Positions 45,559 to 54,912 of a stretch of DNA of 64,000 nt are shown in pieces; position 1 is the first letter of the stretch, and each line of letters begins with the position of its first letter. The stretch spans positions 35,220 to 99,219 of the IMG/VR virus record IMGVR_UViG_3300027749_000063; one strand, written 5' to 3'. The position numbers and the translations under genes are program-made. Under the pieces are notes generated by a model, which was given only the letters and a program-made list of their open reading frames with translations, was not told the DNA's origin and did no database searches. The DNA is from a virus.

Positions 45559-45817
45559 CGAGTTCCTTAAGGGAATTCAAGCACGTGAGAGAGTAGTAAG
45601 TCTTAAAAAGATAGTTAAGACTGACAGTGTACAGTTATCTTTATATAAAGATTCTATTATTCCTAACTTTAGATTAGCTCTAGATACCGCTAAAGTAGAG
45701 ATAGTTCGCTTAGATACTAAAGTTAGATCTCAAGCACAAACTATTAAAACACTTAAAAATGTTTTGAAAGGTGGATTAATTGCTATAGCTTTGTTAACCA
45801 TAGGGTTAATACTTTAA
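45458..45817 (+). CDS. Exported coiled-coil protein with C-terminal TM, spanin-like partner
   Basis: Signal-like N-terminus, coiled coil, C-terminal GGLIAIALLTIGLIL; overlaps the previous ORF by 101 nt. Confidence 0.45.
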   Translation: MTPFKSLLTLCLTLMAQSIYSQSLDSLPLKELNNEFLKGIQARERVVSLKKIVKTDSVQLSLYKDSIIPNFRLALDTAKVEIVRLDTKVRSQAQTIKTLKNVLKGGLIAIALLTIGLIL

Positions 45818-45827
45818 CTCTCTGCCT

Positions 45828-47162
45828 ATGATGCCAATCTCTAAACAGATTGTTCAATATTACATTGACAATCCAAATACAACCGAGACAGCTGTTGAAG
45901 TTGCTATACGCTTCAACTATCAGCCAGAAATAAACAATCTACTAAGAGGAAAAAGAGTTCGTGACTTAAAGAGAACAGCAATGGCTCATCTACTTAGAGA
46001 AGATTCTTTGTATCAGCCAAGTGCTACTTCTCCTGTGTTGTCTAACCATACTCTAGGAACTTACGATGAGAACTTAGATAAAGGCACTCTAGAAGTATCT
46101 AAACTAGTTTCTGAACAACCTAGGTCTGCTGAAGAGATTATTAAGATCCACAAAATAGATACTACTAAGTGGAGATTAGTACAGTATTGGAGTAAAGAAA
46201 AACAATCAGGTTGGCTAGTGTCAGCCTTATTTGCTTCTATAAAGCCTGAGGATAGTTTACCTGAAGACATTGAAGCCGTTCTAAGAGAGGTTTTCTTAGA
46301 ATCTAACATAAGTCCTTGCCCTACTCCTAAGAAGGTCCCTGTGGCCTCTAAAAGAGCTTTATTTGTTTATATGAGTGACAAGCATGTAGGAGCACTTACT
46401 CACCCTAACTCTATCTTTAACAACGACTACAACGAAGACATCTTCGAAGTAAGAATGATGAGAGTATTAGAAGAGATAGAGAAGCAAGTAAAGATCTATG
46501 GAAGACTAGAAGATCTTTTTATCTGTGACTTAGGAGATTCATTAGATGGTTGGAGTGGATTAACTACTAGAGGAGGACACCCACTACCTCAAAACATGAA
46601 CAACAAGGAGTCTTTTATGACTTACCTTTATGCTCACAAAAGATTCTTTGATGAATTGCAAGAAAAGAATCTTGCAAATAACATCCATGCAATTATGCAG
46701 ACAGAGGACAACCACTCAGGTTCCTTTGGTTATATTACAAATCAAGCACTCACTCTTTATTTAAATACAGCTTATCCTTTTATCAAAGTAACGATAATGG
46801 AAAAGTTTTTAGAACATTTTGATTATGGCAAACACACGTTTATCTTTACTCATGGCAAAGATTCTGAGGATCTTAAACATGGTCTTCCCCTTTTCTTAAC
46901 AGAAAAAGCAGAAAATTTCCTTAATAAATACATAGATCATCATGGTCTAGGAGAGAATAAAAATATTTCGATAGTAAAAGGAGACTTACATACAGAGAGT
47001 ATGCAACAAGTCTATAAGTTTAGATACCGTAATGTTCTCTCTATGTATGGCTCTTCTAAGTGGGTAATGAACAACTTTGGTCCAGGATATCCAGGAGTTT
47101 CATTTGATTTAGTAGAAAAAGATACGGATTTAATATATTCGTTTTATATTCGCTTTAAATAA
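45828..47162 (+). CDS. Calcineurin-like metallophosphoesterase with N-terminal extension
   Basis: SDKHVG, GDSLDG, EDNH, FTHG and GDLH motifs in canonical order. Confidence 0.8.
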   Translation: MMPISKQIVQYYIDNPNTTETAVEVAIRFNYQPEINNLLRGKRVRDLKRTAMAHLLREDSLYQPSATSPVLSNHTLGTYDENLDKGTLEVSKLVSEQPRSAEEIIKIHKIDTTKWRLVQYWSKEKQSGWLVSALFASIKPEDSLPEDIEAVLREVFLESNISPCPTPKKVPVASKRALFVYMSDKHVGALTHPNSIFNNDYNEDIFEVRMMRVLEEIEKQVKIYGRLEDLFICDLGDSLDGWSGLTTRGGHPLPQNMNNKESFMTYLYAHKRFFDELQEKNLANNIHAIMQTEDNHSGSFGYITNQALTLYLNTAYPFIKVTIMEKFLEHFDYGKHTFIFTHGKDSEDLKHGLPLFLTEKAENFLNKYIDHHGLGENKNISIVKGDLHTESMQQVYKFRYRNVLSMYGSSKWVMNNFGPGYPGVSFDLVEKDTDLIYSFYIRFK

Positions 47163-47178
47163 AATTAAATAAACAGTT

Positions 47179-47409
47179 ATGATTACCCTAGCAGATATAG
47201 ATAAATTAAAAAATAAGTTTTACTTAGACTCAGAAAAAGATGGGCCAGGAGTAAGACCTAACGTAATACTAATCACAGAGGATCAGTTTGAAGAGATACT
47301 AAAAGAAATGGGTGTAGAAGATGAAGAAGATGTTACAATAGAAAGCATACTAGGAATGGATGTGGTTATAGCAAATGGATTAGAATACCCAAGACTGCTA
47401 AGACTTTAA
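47179..47409 (+). CDS. Small acidic protein, possibly HK97 A-domain-like
   Basis: Helix-PNVILITEDQFEEIL...ILGMDVVIANGL pattern. Confidence 0.5.
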   Translation: MITLADIDKLKNKFYLDSEKDGPGVRPNVILITEDQFEEILKEMGVEDEEDVTIESILGMDVVIANGLEYPRLLRL

Positions 47410-48203
47410 ATCTGAGTAACTTTAAATACTACAGAGTAAGCATCCGTATTATTGTTGTCTACATAGACAGTAGGAACACTTCCTCCTACAAATCCTGAAG
47501 TAAAATTAAGAATCATTCCCCCTCCTATTGTTGTTACACCTGCCTGACCTATACTAGATTGAGGAGTAGCTGCATTATTAAAAGTCGCTACATATACCCC
47601 TGCTTCTTGTTTGTCTTGAGTTACGTTATTAACAGCGTAGTACTCTATTTTAAGTAAACCTACAAAGAATTGAGTAGCAGATTGATACAGAACGGTGTTA
47701 TTAGACATTCCATTTACTACTACAGTAGTTGAGCTACCTCCACCTCCACCACTTCCATTAGAAGCAGCAGTAATTCTACCTTGAGCATCTACTGTAATGT
47801 TAGAATTTGTGTAAGAGCCTGCAGTTACTGCAGTATTGGCTAGAGAGATGGTTCCACTTGCTGTTATTGTTCCTCCGCTTAATCCTGTTCCTGCTGTGAT
47901 AGAAGTAACAGTACCTAAGTACTGATCTCCACTTACAGGAGTATAACCAAGAGCATTAGTAACATCAGTACCTGTTAAGGTAATAGCACCTGTTCTTGTG
48001 TTAAAGCTTGTAACAAAGTTTGCTGAGCTAAAGCCTATAGTCACATCTCCAGTACCAGAGTTAGTACCTGTGCTACTAATGGTCAAAGGAGAACTAACTA
48101 TAAGTTTAGTAATCAAAGCCTCTCCAGAGGTAGAAACGTTTATGTCGCTTCTACCTACAGAGAAATTATCAATAAGGGAACCACCAATCTGAGTTCTAGC
48201 CAT
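47406..48203 (-). CDS. Tail fibre-like protein
   Basis: VTSFNTRTGAITL..DVTNALGYTP, GTVTSITAGTGLSGG and AGSYTNSNITVDAQGRIT fibre motifs. Confidence 0.75.
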   Translation of the reverse strand: MARTQIGGSLIDNFSVGRSDINVSTSGEALITKLIVSSPLTISSTGTNSGTGDVTIGFSSANFVTSFNTRTGAITLTGTDVTNALGYTPVSGDQYLGTVTSITAGTGLSGGTITASGTISLANTAVTAGSYTNSNITVDAQGRITAASNGSGGGGGSSTTVVVNGMSNNTVLYQSATQFFVGLLKIEYYAVNNVTQDKQEAGVYVATFNNAATPQSSIGQAGVTTIGGGMILNFTSGFVGGSVPTVYVDNNNTDAYSVVFKVTQI

Positions 48204-48222
48204 ATTTACAATTTAAAATATA

Positions 48223-50223
48223 TTAAGGTTTAATATAAGAAATACGGATTTTATCAGTAGAAGTAGGAGTGAATAAGAAAGTAACAGTCAAGGTAGGAGT
48301 ATAAACAATAGTATAATCATTACCTGTACCTGGTTCCATCAATACACCGTTAAAATAAACATGTTCGCTTCCTGATACTCCTGTTGTATTCAATGGAGCA
48401 CTAAATACTGTAGTAGATCCATTAGGTAAAGGAGAAGGAGTTTCTCTTGTTACAATATTAGAGATGTTTAAAGTTCCTGAAGGAAGATCACCTACGCTTA
48501 AAGTAGTACCACTAGTAACTCTACCTTTTGCATCTGTAGTAACCTTGGTATAAGTACCTGCAGTTCCAACACTTGTTAAAGTTAAAGCAATTGAAGTACT
48601 TCCTGAACCTGTAGCATCTCCACTTACGGTAATAGTTTGGTTACCTGTAATGTAGTTAGGAGTCCAGTTTACCCACTTGTTAGTTCCACCACCTGTGTAA
48701 CGAAGCAATTGTCCGTCAGCAGGAGTTGTAATAGTTACATCACTAAGTCCGCTTAGAGCACTGATCAAGTTAATAGCTGTATTAGTTACACCTGTTACAC
48801 GACCTTTAGCATCTACTGTAAATACAGGAACCTGAGTTGCACTACCATAAGTACCTAAAGTTACACCTGAGTTAGCAAGAGTAACTGCAATACCTGTAGC
48901 TCCTGTACCTGTAACGTCACCAGACAATGTGATTGTTTGGTTACCTGTTAAGTAAGTACTAGTATCAAGTGCCCAAGTGTTAGCTGCAGTCTTCTTCAAG
49001 AATCCTGTTGTTCCACTTAAGGTTGCAATTGCACCTAAATCCGCATCATACGCTTGAACATCAGTACCAATAGCAAGACCTAAAGAAGTACGAGCAGCAC
49101 TAGAGTCAGCAGAAGCAATTAGAGTACGACCAAAAGAAGTCAAACTAGTAACAGAAGCTGTATCTAATGCAGTAAAATAAATCATTGTATCAGGAGCAGT
49201 AACAGCTCCAGCCAATGCAGTTAAAGTAGCATCTAAAGTTTGCTTAGCATTTAGTTGAGTTTGGATAGCTGAACTAACACCACTCAAGTAACTCATTTCA
49301 GTTGAAGTTACTGAACTTACGCTTACTTTACCTCCTCCATCAGAAACTAAGGCTCTGCTTACAGTTAAGTTAGAAGTAACAATAGAAGAAGCACCACCTG
49401 TAACAGCTGCTTGTGCTCTAGCATCTAAGTAGTAAAGGTTAGAACCTTCAGCAATATCAGAAGTAGTAGCGTTAGTAGCAGCAGTAGCTCTACCGTAAGT
49501 ATCAAGAGTAACTTTAGTAAAGGTACCTGCACTTACACCAGTAGTTGCTAAGTCAATGTTATCTGCGTTAACAACAATACGGGCAGAAGAAGCTGTACCT
49601 ACGTCAAAAGTAAGACCTGTTTTAGTTAAACCTGCTCCTGCAGTATAATCGGCAGCTCCTGAGAACTGAGAAAATACAATACTAGTAGTACCTAAAGTAA
49701 TAGGTCCAGGAGTACTTTGTACCCAACCTGTTGCTTGAAGAGTAGTTCCACTCTGTACAAAGTAGAAAGCGTTTACTAACTCTGTACCTGTGTCTGAGTC
49801 TGTAGAACGAGCCCAAGCACCTGCAGCTACATCATAAACACCGTTCTGTGTAGTTGTAGTTTGGTTCTTTACAAGAACACGGTCACCTGCAATAACAGAA
49901 ACACCATCAATAGTCTGTGTTCCACTTAAGGTAATGTTTGCAGTTGTTGCTACTCTTACTGCAGTTTTAGTACTCAAACCTTGAGCAACTGAATCTACAT
50001 AAGCTTTGGTAGCTACATCTGAGTTAGAAGTAGGAGTTCCTACGTTAGTTACTTTGAATCCTCCTAAAGACTGATCTGCTGTAAAAGCTACTGATCCATC
50101 TTTTTTGACAAAGTTAGCTCCATCTGCAAGTTTCGAACTTGCTATGGCTGCGGATGCATCAATATCACTGTTTATGATAGTTAACGCATCCAGTTGCGAC
50201 TTTTTAATTTTAGTTAATGCCAT
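48223..50223 (-). CDS. Tail fibre protein
   Basis: VATKAYVD..AQGL..K.AVRVATTANITLSGTQTIDGV...GDRVLVKNQ domain; repeated GTYTKVT.D.KGRVT; C-terminal VYFNGV...DYT domain. Confidence 0.8.
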   Translation of the reverse strand: MALTKIKKSQLDALTIINSDIDASAAIASSKLADGANFVKKDGSVAFTADQSLGGFKVTNVGTPTSNSDVATKAYVDSVAQGLSTKTAVRVATTANITLSGTQTIDGVSVIAGDRVLVKNQTTTTQNGVYDVAAGAWARSTDSDTGTELVNAFYFVQSGTTLQATGWVQSTPGPITLGTTSIVFSQFSGAADYTAGAGLTKTGLTFDVGTASSARIVVNADNIDLATTGVSAGTFTKVTLDTYGRATAATNATTSDIAEGSNLYYLDARAQAAVTGGASSIVTSNLTVSRALVSDGGGKVSVSSVTSTEMSYLSGVSSAIQTQLNAKQTLDATLTALAGAVTAPDTMIYFTALDTASVTSLTSFGRTLIASADSSAARTSLGLAIGTDVQAYDADLGAIATLSGTTGFLKKTAANTWALDTSTYLTGNQTITLSGDVTGTGATGIAVTLANSGVTLGTYGSATQVPVFTVDAKGRVTGVTNTAINLISALSGLSDVTITTPADGQLLRYTGGGTNKWVNWTPNYITGNQTITVSGDATGSGSTSIALTLTSVGTAGTYTKVTTDAKGRVTSGTTLSVGDLPSGTLNISNIVTRETPSPLPNGSTTVFSAPLNTTGVSGSEHVYFNGVLMEPGTGNDYTIVYTPTLTVTFLFTPTSTDKIRISYIKP

Positions 50224-50225
50224 TG

Positions 50226-50249
50226 TATTTAGTTATTTAGTTATTTAGT
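50226..50249 (-). repeat. Tandem repeat (TATTTAGT)x3 on +
   Basis: Three exact 8-nt units ending 2 nt upstream of the - strand ATG at 50223. Confidence 0.85.
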
Positions 50250-50256
50250 TTTTCTA

Positions 50257-50943
50257 TTAGATTATTTGATACTCTACTATGAGTTGATCTGAGGGAACAG
50301 GAGCGTAAATAAGGCTTACTTGACTTACCCCTGCTTCTACGTAATCATAACCTGCCCCTCTAGTTAACCTTTGTCCGTTTAAGAATACTCTTGTAGTACC
50401 AGAGACAAAGTTAGAACTAGTATTAAAGTTAGTATTACTTCCGTTCTTGGCTCCTGATAGATTGTAATCATAGTCTATCTTAAAAGCGTTAAAACTAGGA
50501 CTCCAATTCTCCCACTGACTAGTAGCTGAGTTAAACCTAAGCAACTGTCCATTAGAAGGAGTAGGTGTGGTTACATCTGTTAACTGATCTAAGTTTGTAG
50601 GTGGGGTAAAACCTAAAGCTGTAGTTACATCTGAAGAGTTAAGAACAACAACTCCTGTCCTTGTGTTAAAGGAAGTAACTCCTCCCCCTCCTCCGCTTAC
50701 TGTTTTCCAAGTACTATCATCTGCTAAGAACTTAGTTCCTGTTCCTGAAGAACCTGAACCTAATCTATTGACGTTAATCGTACCAATAGTAATGTACCTT
50801 GCATCGAATAAACGATAAGCTAAAGGACCATTACCACTTACAGGTGTAGCAAAAACATAGCCAGAAGGTAACAATACTATTCCACCTACTGAAGTCTGTG
50901 CATATGCCTGTAATTCTGCTTGGGATAAGGGATTATTAGCCAT
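50257..50943 (-). CDS. Tail fibre-like protein
   Basis: VTSFNTRTG..DVTTALGFTP, LTDV..TPSNGQLLRFN and VFLNGQRL..DY modules shared with the neighbouring genes. Confidence 0.7.
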   Translation of the reverse strand: MANNPLSQAELQAYAQTSVGGIVLLPSGYVFATPVSGNGPLAYRLFDARYITIGTINVNRLGSGSSGTGTKFLADDSTWKTVSGGGGGVTSFNTRTGVVVLNSSDVTTALGFTPPTNLDQLTDVTTPTPSNGQLLRFNSATSQWENWSPSFNAFKIDYDYNLSGAKNGSNTNFNTSSNFVSGTTRVFLNGQRLTRGAGYDYVEAGVSQVSLIYAPVPSDQLIVEYQII

Positions 50944-50985
50944 TAGATATGGAAGGTACAGATTACTGCACAGTAATTGTTATTA

Positions 50986-50993
50986 CAAATATA
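50986..50993 (-). promoter_or_regulatory. -7 promoter element TATATTTG for the inverted fibre cassette
   Basis: CAAATATA on +, downstream of a - strand terminator and 42 nt before the ATG at 50943. Confidence 0.7.
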
Positions 50994-51000
50994 ATAGATT

Positions 51001-51035
51001 AAAAAAATAAAGAAAGGGGAACTTTTGATTCCCCC
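51001..51035 (-). terminator. Intrinsic terminator ending the replication operon
   Basis: GGGGAA...TTCCCC stem with an adjacent A-run on + (U-tail on -). Confidence 0.7.
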
Positions 51036-51049
51036 TCCTGGTTGGTTAA

Positions 51050-51100
51050 AAAACTAAATAAACTAAAAACTAAAAACTAAAATTACTAAAATTACTAAAA
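51050..51100. repeat. Degenerate ACTAAA-based tandem repeats
   Basis: aaactaaata-aactaaa-aactaaa-aactaaaatt-actaaaatt-actaaaa. Confidence 0.7.
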
Positions 51101-51427
51101 CTACTTAACCTCCTGTGGTCCTCCTGTTAGGCTAAAGAAAGCAAGAATTTCTTCTTTTACTTTCAACTCTAACACTATAGGCTCACTGGTGGTTTCAAAT
51201 TTAGTGATTTTTACTGGAACTTTTTGCTTAGTAGCAGGATCAATTTTATATTGATAGTCTACAGGGTTAAGTTTGTCAGCACTTCCTTCTAGAACAATAG
51301 CTAAGCCATCATCTGTAGGGTAGGTCATTAAGACCTTACTGAGTTCGAAGGAGTAACCTTTCTTAATGATAAGTTCCATCTCTTCTCCACTCTCGATTTT
51401 TTCTCTTTCTGTGTAATAGAATAACAT
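51101..51427 (-). CDS. Hypothetical protein
   Basis: ORF tiles the - strand operon. Confidence 0.6.
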   Translation of the reverse strand: MLFYYTEREKIESGEEMELIIKKGYSFELSKVLMTYPTDDGLAIVLEGSADKLNPVDYQYKIDPATKQKVPVKITKFETTSEPIVLELKVKEEILAFFSLTGGPQEVK

Positions 51428-51445
51428 ATTTTTATTTTTAATTGA

Positions 51446-51727
51446 TTACCAAGTGAAAGCAATGTCGCTATCTCTTACCATGATTCTTTCTGCACCATCT
51501 ACTTCTACTAGTTCAGCAGACTGAAGATACATTAAGTTTACATACACTTCATCGCCTACTTTTACGTTGGTTACTTCTTCTCCAACAGTATGGACTTCTA
51601 AGTGCTTTAAACCTATTAGTTCTTTCATGTTCATTTCTTCTTCCATCTCTGGTGTAAGTTGGATAAGTCTTTCTTCTCTATTAGGACGATTGAGTAACAC
51701 TCTGTGTCCAAATAATTTTATGCTCAT
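51446..51727 (-). CDS. GroES/Cpn10-like co-chaperonin
   Basis: IKLFGHRVLL...EVHTVG..V..VKVGDEV...VEVDG...MVRDSDI. Confidence 0.8.
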   Translation of the reverse strand: MSIKLFGHRVLLNRPNREERLIQLTPEMEEEMNMKELIGLKHLEVHTVGEEVTNVKVGDEVYVNLMYLQSAELVEVDGAERIMVRDSDIAFTW

Positions 51728-51738
51728 TTTTTATTTAA

Positions 51739-52245
51739 TTAAGTCAAGTATTCTTCAAATCTATAGATTTCTTTTCTTATATCCATATCTATGTCATTAA
51801 ATTTTATATTTCTATGAAATAAAATCTTATAATCATCTGACATGTCATGGAATCTGTTTTGTTTAAACATCTCAATGTCTCTTCTGTAGATAGAATTAAC
51901 TCTAAAGACAAACATTATCTTATCTTCTACCTCATAGTAGTCATAGAAAGAGTCAAAGCTGGTAATCTTCTTTTGGAATTCCTGAAAGGCAGCTTTGTCT
52001 GTAGGCTTAAACAAATAAAAAAGACAGTATAGATACTTAGATTTGTATCCGTAGTCATCTACATAAACATTAATTAAACCAAAGTTTAACAATACCCTTA
52101 AAGATTCTTCACCCCTTGCTGTAAATATCAAGGGGCTTAGAAATCTTGTAGTATTATTTAAACTCGTATCCAATATTTTTTTATACAATTCTGATTCCAT
52201 CGTTCTGGTAGTCTTCTCTAGTATAGTTCCACAAATCACTGTCAA
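51739..52245 (-). CDS. Hypothetical protein (start uncertain)
   Basis: ORF in the replication operon; overlaps the nuclease 3' end. Confidence 0.6.
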   Translation of the reverse strand: MTVICGTILEKTTRTMESELYKKILDTSLNNTTRFLSPLIFTARGEESLRVLLNFGLINVYVDDYGYKSKYLYCLFYLFKPTDKAAFQEFQKKITSFDSFYDYYEVEDKIMFVFRVNSIYRRDIEMFKQNRFHDMSDDYKILFHRNIKFNDIDMDIRKEIYRFEEYLT

Positions 52246-53149
52246 TATGCCAACGTAAACGTTCTAGTGCTTGATGAAAGCCTTCGTAAGTCTTACCTTG
52301 ATATACTCCTCCTTTTTTACCTAGAGTCATTGCTTCATCTGATAACTCATAGATAAGCGGACTACCTGGGAATTTTTGGCTTTCTACCAAGAACCTGAAG
52401 TTCTTAACAGTTAACCCTTCTCCATAGATACTTGTATCTGTTTGCTTTAAAGCTTCTGTATAGAATGCTCCTTGAAGATCATAACGATACTTCATAAGAG
52501 TGTCTGTCCAATAGTTTAAAGAAGTAGTAGTAGTCTTTAAGTCAATAGGATATAAAAACTTATTATCTACGTCTACAACTACTAAGTCTAAAAGAGCCTT
52601 ACACTCAAATCCCAAGTACTCAAAAGTAAGGGCCTGTTGTGTAAAGATTTTATACTGATCGTTGCCTAAGATAAACTTAGAACTAAAGGGATGATTCTTA
52701 AGAGATTCTACCAGATTATAGATTGTAGCTAATTGTGCTGGAGAAATCACTTTTCTTCCATCTGCTTCAATTAGGTGATCATAATAGGCTTTACCTTCTT
52801 TCTCAAATCTTTCTCTTACCTTAGGGAGAGTATCTCTTTTAAACCCTACAGTCTCATATGCAATTTGTTCTGCATTGGAATCATGTCTATTGATGAATAG
52901 ATTCCATACAAAGTCTCCCATCTGAGCTGTTGGTCTTTCTACTGTACTGATTAAGAATTCTTCTTGGAAGATTTCTTCTCCTTGTGTAATAATTAAGTCT
53001 ACTCCATCTCCTATCAATGTTACATCTGCTGGTTCTTCTGTGTCAGACTTAGGATCGTAATTATAGTATAGGTTAGGATGTTGAAGAATCTTTTTAAGCC
53101 TGCTTTGGCTTATTGCTCTACTGCTTAGGTAATCTTGATTTAAAATCAT
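52181..53149 (-). CDS. PD-(D/E)XK exonuclease (RecE/DUF3799-like)
   Basis: ISQSRLK N-terminus; CKALLD...IDLKTT...YRYDLQGAFY. Confidence 0.8.
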   Translation of the reverse strand: MILNQDYLSSRAISQSRLKKILQHPNLYYNYDPKSDTEEPADVTLIGDGVDLIITQGEEIFQEEFLISTVERPTAQMGDFVWNLFINRHDSNAEQIAYETVGFKRDTLPKVRERFEKEGKAYYDHLIEADGRKVISPAQLATIYNLVESLKNHPFSSKFILGNDQYKIFTQQALTFEYLGFECKALLDLVVVDVDNKFLYPIDLKTTTTSLNYWTDTLMKYRYDLQGAFYTEALKQTDTSIYGEGLTVKNFRFLVESQKFPGSPLIYELSDEAMTLGKKGGVYQGKTYEGFHQALERLRWHIDSDLWNYTREDYQNDGIRIV

Positions 53150-53340
53150 TTTATTTTTTCAATTGATACGGTTAAAACAAACCAAAGAAAAGCAAAGTGT
53201 ATATTAAAGTTATATAACGAAGATGTACGACTTATGCTTATCGTTGGTATTAAATAAAAAAACCAATAAGGATAACCTCGTTGTCCTCTGGTTCCATAAA
53301 AAAAGTTACTTATCTGAAATTTCACGGCTTCTATCATCAT
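53146..53340 (-). CDS. Small hydrophobic hypothetical protein
   Basis: Aromatic/hydrophobic 64-aa ORF overlapping both neighbours. Confidence 0.5.
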   Translation of the reverse strand: MMIEAVKFQISNFFYGTRGQRGYPYWFFYLIPTISISRTSSLYNFNIHFAFLWFVLTVSIEKIK

Positions 53341-53629
53341 ATTGAGACTTTTCTCTCATTATGTACGAGAGAAACATAGCATTAGACATTATATGTCCTA
53401 GGTGATCTATTCCTGACTCAGGGTCTTTGTCTTCCCCTGAAAGAAAGGCAAACATATGTCTAAGTAAACTTTCGCTTACTGCAGAAACTGGCATACCTTT
53501 CATCCAATTCCATTTATCATATTTGTTTTCTCCATACTCAAGGACTTCAACCATAGACTCTAGAGACTTAAAGTCTACTAAAGACCATTGTCTCTTTCCT
53601 GTGTTGTAACGTAAAGCTTGTTCAGTCAT
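53306..53629 (-). CDS. dATP/dGTP diphosphohydrolase domain protein (DUF5664-like)
   Basis: RYNTGK..WSL...VLEYG..KY..WNW.KG...SLLRH...GED.DPESG..HL.H..NAMFL. Confidence 0.85.
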   Translation of the reverse strand: MTEQALRYNTGKRQWSLVDFKSLESMVEVLEYGENKYDKWNWMKGMPVSAVSESLLRHMFAFLSGEDKDPESGIDHLGHIMSNAMFLSYIMREKSQYDDRSREISDK

Positions 53630-53631
53630 AA

Positions 53632-53898
53632 TTAACGCATTAACGCACCCGTAGTTATTTTAGGAATAGAATCTACTGGCTTTACAGTTAAGATAACTCT
53701 TCCAAACTTCATTGAATTTAATTCAGTAACTACACAATTTACTCCGTTGCAGTCAACAATAGTTCCTAATTGGATACTTTCTGCTGATTCGTTGTCATTG
53801 TAAGTAACAATGTTTTCTCCGTAATGATAGTTGACATCAGGTAAGCCCACGGCTTCCACTCTGTCTGTTTCTGTTCTTGGTTCTATTATATATAACAT
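53632..53898 (-). CDS. Hypothetical protein
   Basis: ORF tiles the operon. Confidence 0.55.
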   Translation of the reverse strand: MLYIIEPRTETDRVEAVGLPDVNYHYGENIVTYNDNESAESIQLGTIVDCNGVNCVVTELNSMKFGRVILTVKPVDSIPKITTGALMR

Positions 53899-53902
53899 AA
53901 GT

Positions 53903-54340
53903 TTAGTTTAATTCTGGTACAGGTACTCCTAGGGTATCTGTTGCAAAGTTAATTACTTGTTTAATAAATTCATTAACTTCTTCTTTTTTTCCTTTAGAAA
54001 GTGAGAGTGGTGTCTTAATAAATTGACCTTGGAACATAATCTCCTCATAGAAGAACTTGTCCTTGAGATAAGTGACTACCTCTTCTTTGGTGTATACTTC
54101 GCCTGTAAGGGCTTCAAATCCTCCTCGGATGATAGGTACTAGGGTGCTGTAGAAATAAGCCAACTGAGGGTTTGTTTTTTTAGAATCTAATCTAGTTATA
54201 CAAACTTCTACATCCACCGCAGGATCTCCTTTTGTCAATTCTCTAAAGTACGACTGCATCAACTCTCTATCTCCCTTAAGATGAATAGTTCCATCTATGT
54301 TAAGGGAGAGAGTAGCTGGCATATAAATACGGTTAATCAT
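53903..54340 (-). CDS. NinB/YbcN-like recombination accessory protein
   Basis: KTNPQLAYFY...EEV..YLK.KF...SLSK..KEE.NEFI..V..FA...LG..VP. Confidence 0.6.
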   Translation of the reverse strand: MINRIYMPATLSLNIDGTIHLKGDRELMQSYFRELTKGDPAVDVEVCITRLDSKKTNPQLAYFYSTLVPIIRGGFEALTGEVYTKEEVVTYLKDKFFYEEIMFQGQFIKTPLSLSKGKKEEVNEFIKQVINFATDTLGVPVPELN

Positions 54341-54343
54341 TGT

Positions 54344-54889
54344 TTAGTCTGCTGCCCAACCAAAGAACACATACTCTCCATGACGTTCATCTTTACTAGG
54401 TTTATAAGTAATAGAACCTACATTTTTATTGCCTTCTTTTAATACTTTAACTCTAGTAATAGAACTACTAATCTTTGTACGTTCTGTGTAATCTCTGGCT
54501 ATCTTAATTGCTCCTGCTTGTAGTATGTGACTTCCGATAAGTGTTCCTTGTCCATGTACTTCGTATCTACTTTCCCAAACACACGTACCTACTTGAGGAA
54601 TTATTTCTACTTGGCTTTTAATCTTGTTGGTGTTTAATCTAGGTTCTTCTGTACAGATACCCCAACAATCTCTTTTGTCCATAACATCTTCTGCTGATTC
54701 AATAAAGTCATTTAGTTTCTTTTTTGAATTTTTAAATTTCTCAGTAACGTCAACAAAACCATTGGTTGTGCTAATAGTTCCATTGTAAGCATCGTTACCG
54801 TACTCATCAATAGCATCTTCTACTAATTGATTATAAGCTTCTTTCATATTAGGAGCTACTGTTCTGTTATAAAATGTGGTTGATCCCAT
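54344..54889 (-). CDS. Hypothetical phage protein
   Basis: YGNDAYNGTIST and YVFFGWA motifs; function not recognised. Confidence 0.6.
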   Translation of the reverse strand: MGSTTFYNRTVAPNMKEAYNQLVEDAIDEYGNDAYNGTISTTNGFVDVTEKFKNSKKKLNDFIESAEDVMDKRDCWGICTEEPRLNTNKIKSQVEIIPQVGTCVWESRYEVHGQGTLIGSHILQAGAIKIARDYTERTKISSSITRVKVLKEGNKNVGSITYKPSKDERHGEYVFFGWAAD

Positions 54890-54912
54890 AATTTTTAATT
54901 TTAGTTTTTGTT

